From Azolla caroliniana (lineage: Eukaryota > Plantae > Polypodiophyta): a stretch of DNA of 64,000 nt. The notes below the pieces were generated by a model that saw only the letters and a program-made list of their open reading frames with translations, made no database searches and had not been told where the DNA came from. Positions 62,101 to 64,000 of this stretch are shown here, piece by piece. The translations under genes were made by a program, and so were the position numbers. The DNA lies in NCBI GenBank assembly GCA_043228905.1, contig JBHGNT010000022.1:2232001-2296000 (forward strand), read 5' to 3'. The stretch's first letter is position 1, and every line of letters begins with the position of its first letter.

Positions 62101-63918
62101 ACCATTGATCCGTTCTAAATGACTTGAGATAAGGGGGAGTGCATACCTATTCCTGATGGTGACCTTATTCAAGCCACGATAATCTATGACTGTTTGCCAA
62201 ATTCTCCTATATATAGGCTCGAAGGACTTCTAGCTCGGTTGGTGACAAGTTGTAGATCGGGCCCCATAGTGGTTCTTTTCCCAATTGTAAATCAATGGGG
62301 CAATCATACGGTCGATGATGAGAAAGCGTATTGGCTTGTACCTTATCAAACACATCGGCATAATGATGACACTTCTCTGGAAGTTGAACTGTGGATTCCT
62401 CTTTAATGGTGTCAGAAGGTTTTAGTGATATTGCGAAGACAAACATTGCTTCCTTGCGTCCTTCCTCACGCCATTCACGTAGCGAAATGGTTGCAATCCT
62501 ATGAGTAGATCCCCGGATTTCTCTTGTTCTCCGATCTATGTTTGGGTTGTGTAATTCGAACCATGGTAACCCCAGGACAATTGGATGGTTTGGACTACTA
62601 ATTATATTAAATGATGTAACTACACACACCAAGTTATCTAGGACAACCTGAATTGGCTCTCACTCTTCTACGATTTTTCCGGAAGCAATGGGATGACCAT
62701 CAATAACTATTACAGATGTTGGGCAAGAAAGTTTTCTTAGGGATATTTGACGAGCTTGGGCAAAATTCCTATCCATAAAGCAAGAGTTGGCTCCAGAATC
62801 TAAGAGTGCTAAGACATGTACTAGAGGAATAGTTTTAGTACTAACCATTACTTGAGCTAAGAACACTTTGTTGACTTGCTTAGAGGAAATGGAACCACTA
62901 ATGGGATGCACAAATCTAGGGTTGTCCAACCAAACGGCTCCTATTTTGGCTGGACTTAATCGTTTAACTCTTCTTCTAGTTGACTAAGGATTTCAAATTT
63001 GTTTGAAAGGCTTGGGCTATTAGTACTATTAGGACTATCAGATATTCCTACTGAAATAGAATCGGGGTTAGTACAATTACAACTAGCGACTATTTGGTTT
63101 ACTTGTCTTTTTGGCCTATGGGGACAGTTCAGTACAATATGCCCTGGTTCACCGCAATAGAGAGACATAGTCGATTTGCTCGGCGTTGCTGCTTTTCCTC
63201 TTCCGATAATGGTCCGCGATGACGTGTTGTGTCGATTTCCATCGGAGTTGGAGTATTTGCTGGAGACACATTATATGACTCCCTTGGAAAAGGTTTTGCT
63301 ACAACTGAGGCATAGGTGGGCTCTGATCTTGTCCTTGGCATCTAGAACTGACGTTCCGAACGTCGTTCAAAAAGGCGGTTATCGCATCGCACCGCGCAAC
63401 TGATTGCTTCTGTCAATGCCTTTGGCTCTTCGGAGAAAGTTAAGAGTAAATCCTTGACATCATTACGTAGGCCAAAATGAAATTGCTCCATTACGGTGGC
63501 AAGAAGATGGAAATTCGCAGCATAAGCCGAGGCCGGCCGCTCACCTTGGTGCAATCTTTGGATTTTGTTGATTGTTGTCCTGACATTGTCAGTATCTCCA
63601 AAATAGGCTTTAAACTCGCTAATAAACTCTTCGAAATTATTTAACAAGGGGTAGTTTTTTTCTAACAGGCAGGCGAACCATGCCAAAGTCGTGCCACTAA
63701 GTAGCGTGCCTACTAGTCCCACTCGTGATGCATCGATGGGATATCGAGAAGGATGCATTTGAATCACTAAGCGTACCTGATTAAGAAAACCTCTGAACTG
63801 TGATTGGTTCCCATCAAATTTCATAGGAAGTCCGATCTTGGGTTCTTTGTGAGTCCCTTGAGCGCTTGATCCTTGTGGCTATAGTGATACAATAGTCGCT
63901 TCAAATTGTTGTACACGT
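59020..63918 (-). mobile_element. Tcn1-like chromovirus, copy 4, 5'-truncated
   Basis: 3' LTR 59020-59465, PPT, decayed pol and gag. Homology stops near 63918 with no 5' LTR. Confidence 0.92.
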
Positions 63919-64000
63919 TGTCGTAACATATTTCATACACTACGTGAAAAACATATATAGTATTAGATTCACTAAATATGAAGAAATAGAAGAAAATATC

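Overview
Eukaryotic land-plant genomic DNA. The retroelement mix suggests a seed-free plant such as a fern, but this is inference only. There are two host genes: the last exon of a ZIP2-like zinc transporter (10-401, +) and a JAGGED/NUBBIN-like single C2H2 QALGGH zinc-finger gene (about 53974-56598, -, with a GC-AG intron). Between them lies about 50 kb of deeply nested retroelements whose ends, LTRs, PBS/PPT and target-site duplications can mostly be read directly. These are an Athila/Tat-like gag-protease-only element (2089-35560), five Ty1/Copia elements or fragments, a Met-primed chromovirus carrying a 5'-truncated L1 LINE in its leader, three solo LTRs, and three of the four copies of a Tcn1/Tf1-sushi-like chromovirus (the fourth lies upstream of the zinc-finger gene). 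The most notable signals are in the Tcn1-like family: a Tf1-type self-priming PBS with covariation between copies, a G_UUA_AAC plus hairpin -1 frameshift signal joining gag and pol, an outward-facing tRNA-like A/B-box module at the start of U3 that is shared with other LTR families, and many TAGTACTA palindromes. Other oddities are a 5-unit stem-loop array in a chromovirus leader, a 43-bp target duplication around a Copia element, an inverted self-insertion and a templated repair scar. All coordinates and counts were read by eye and need computational confirmation.
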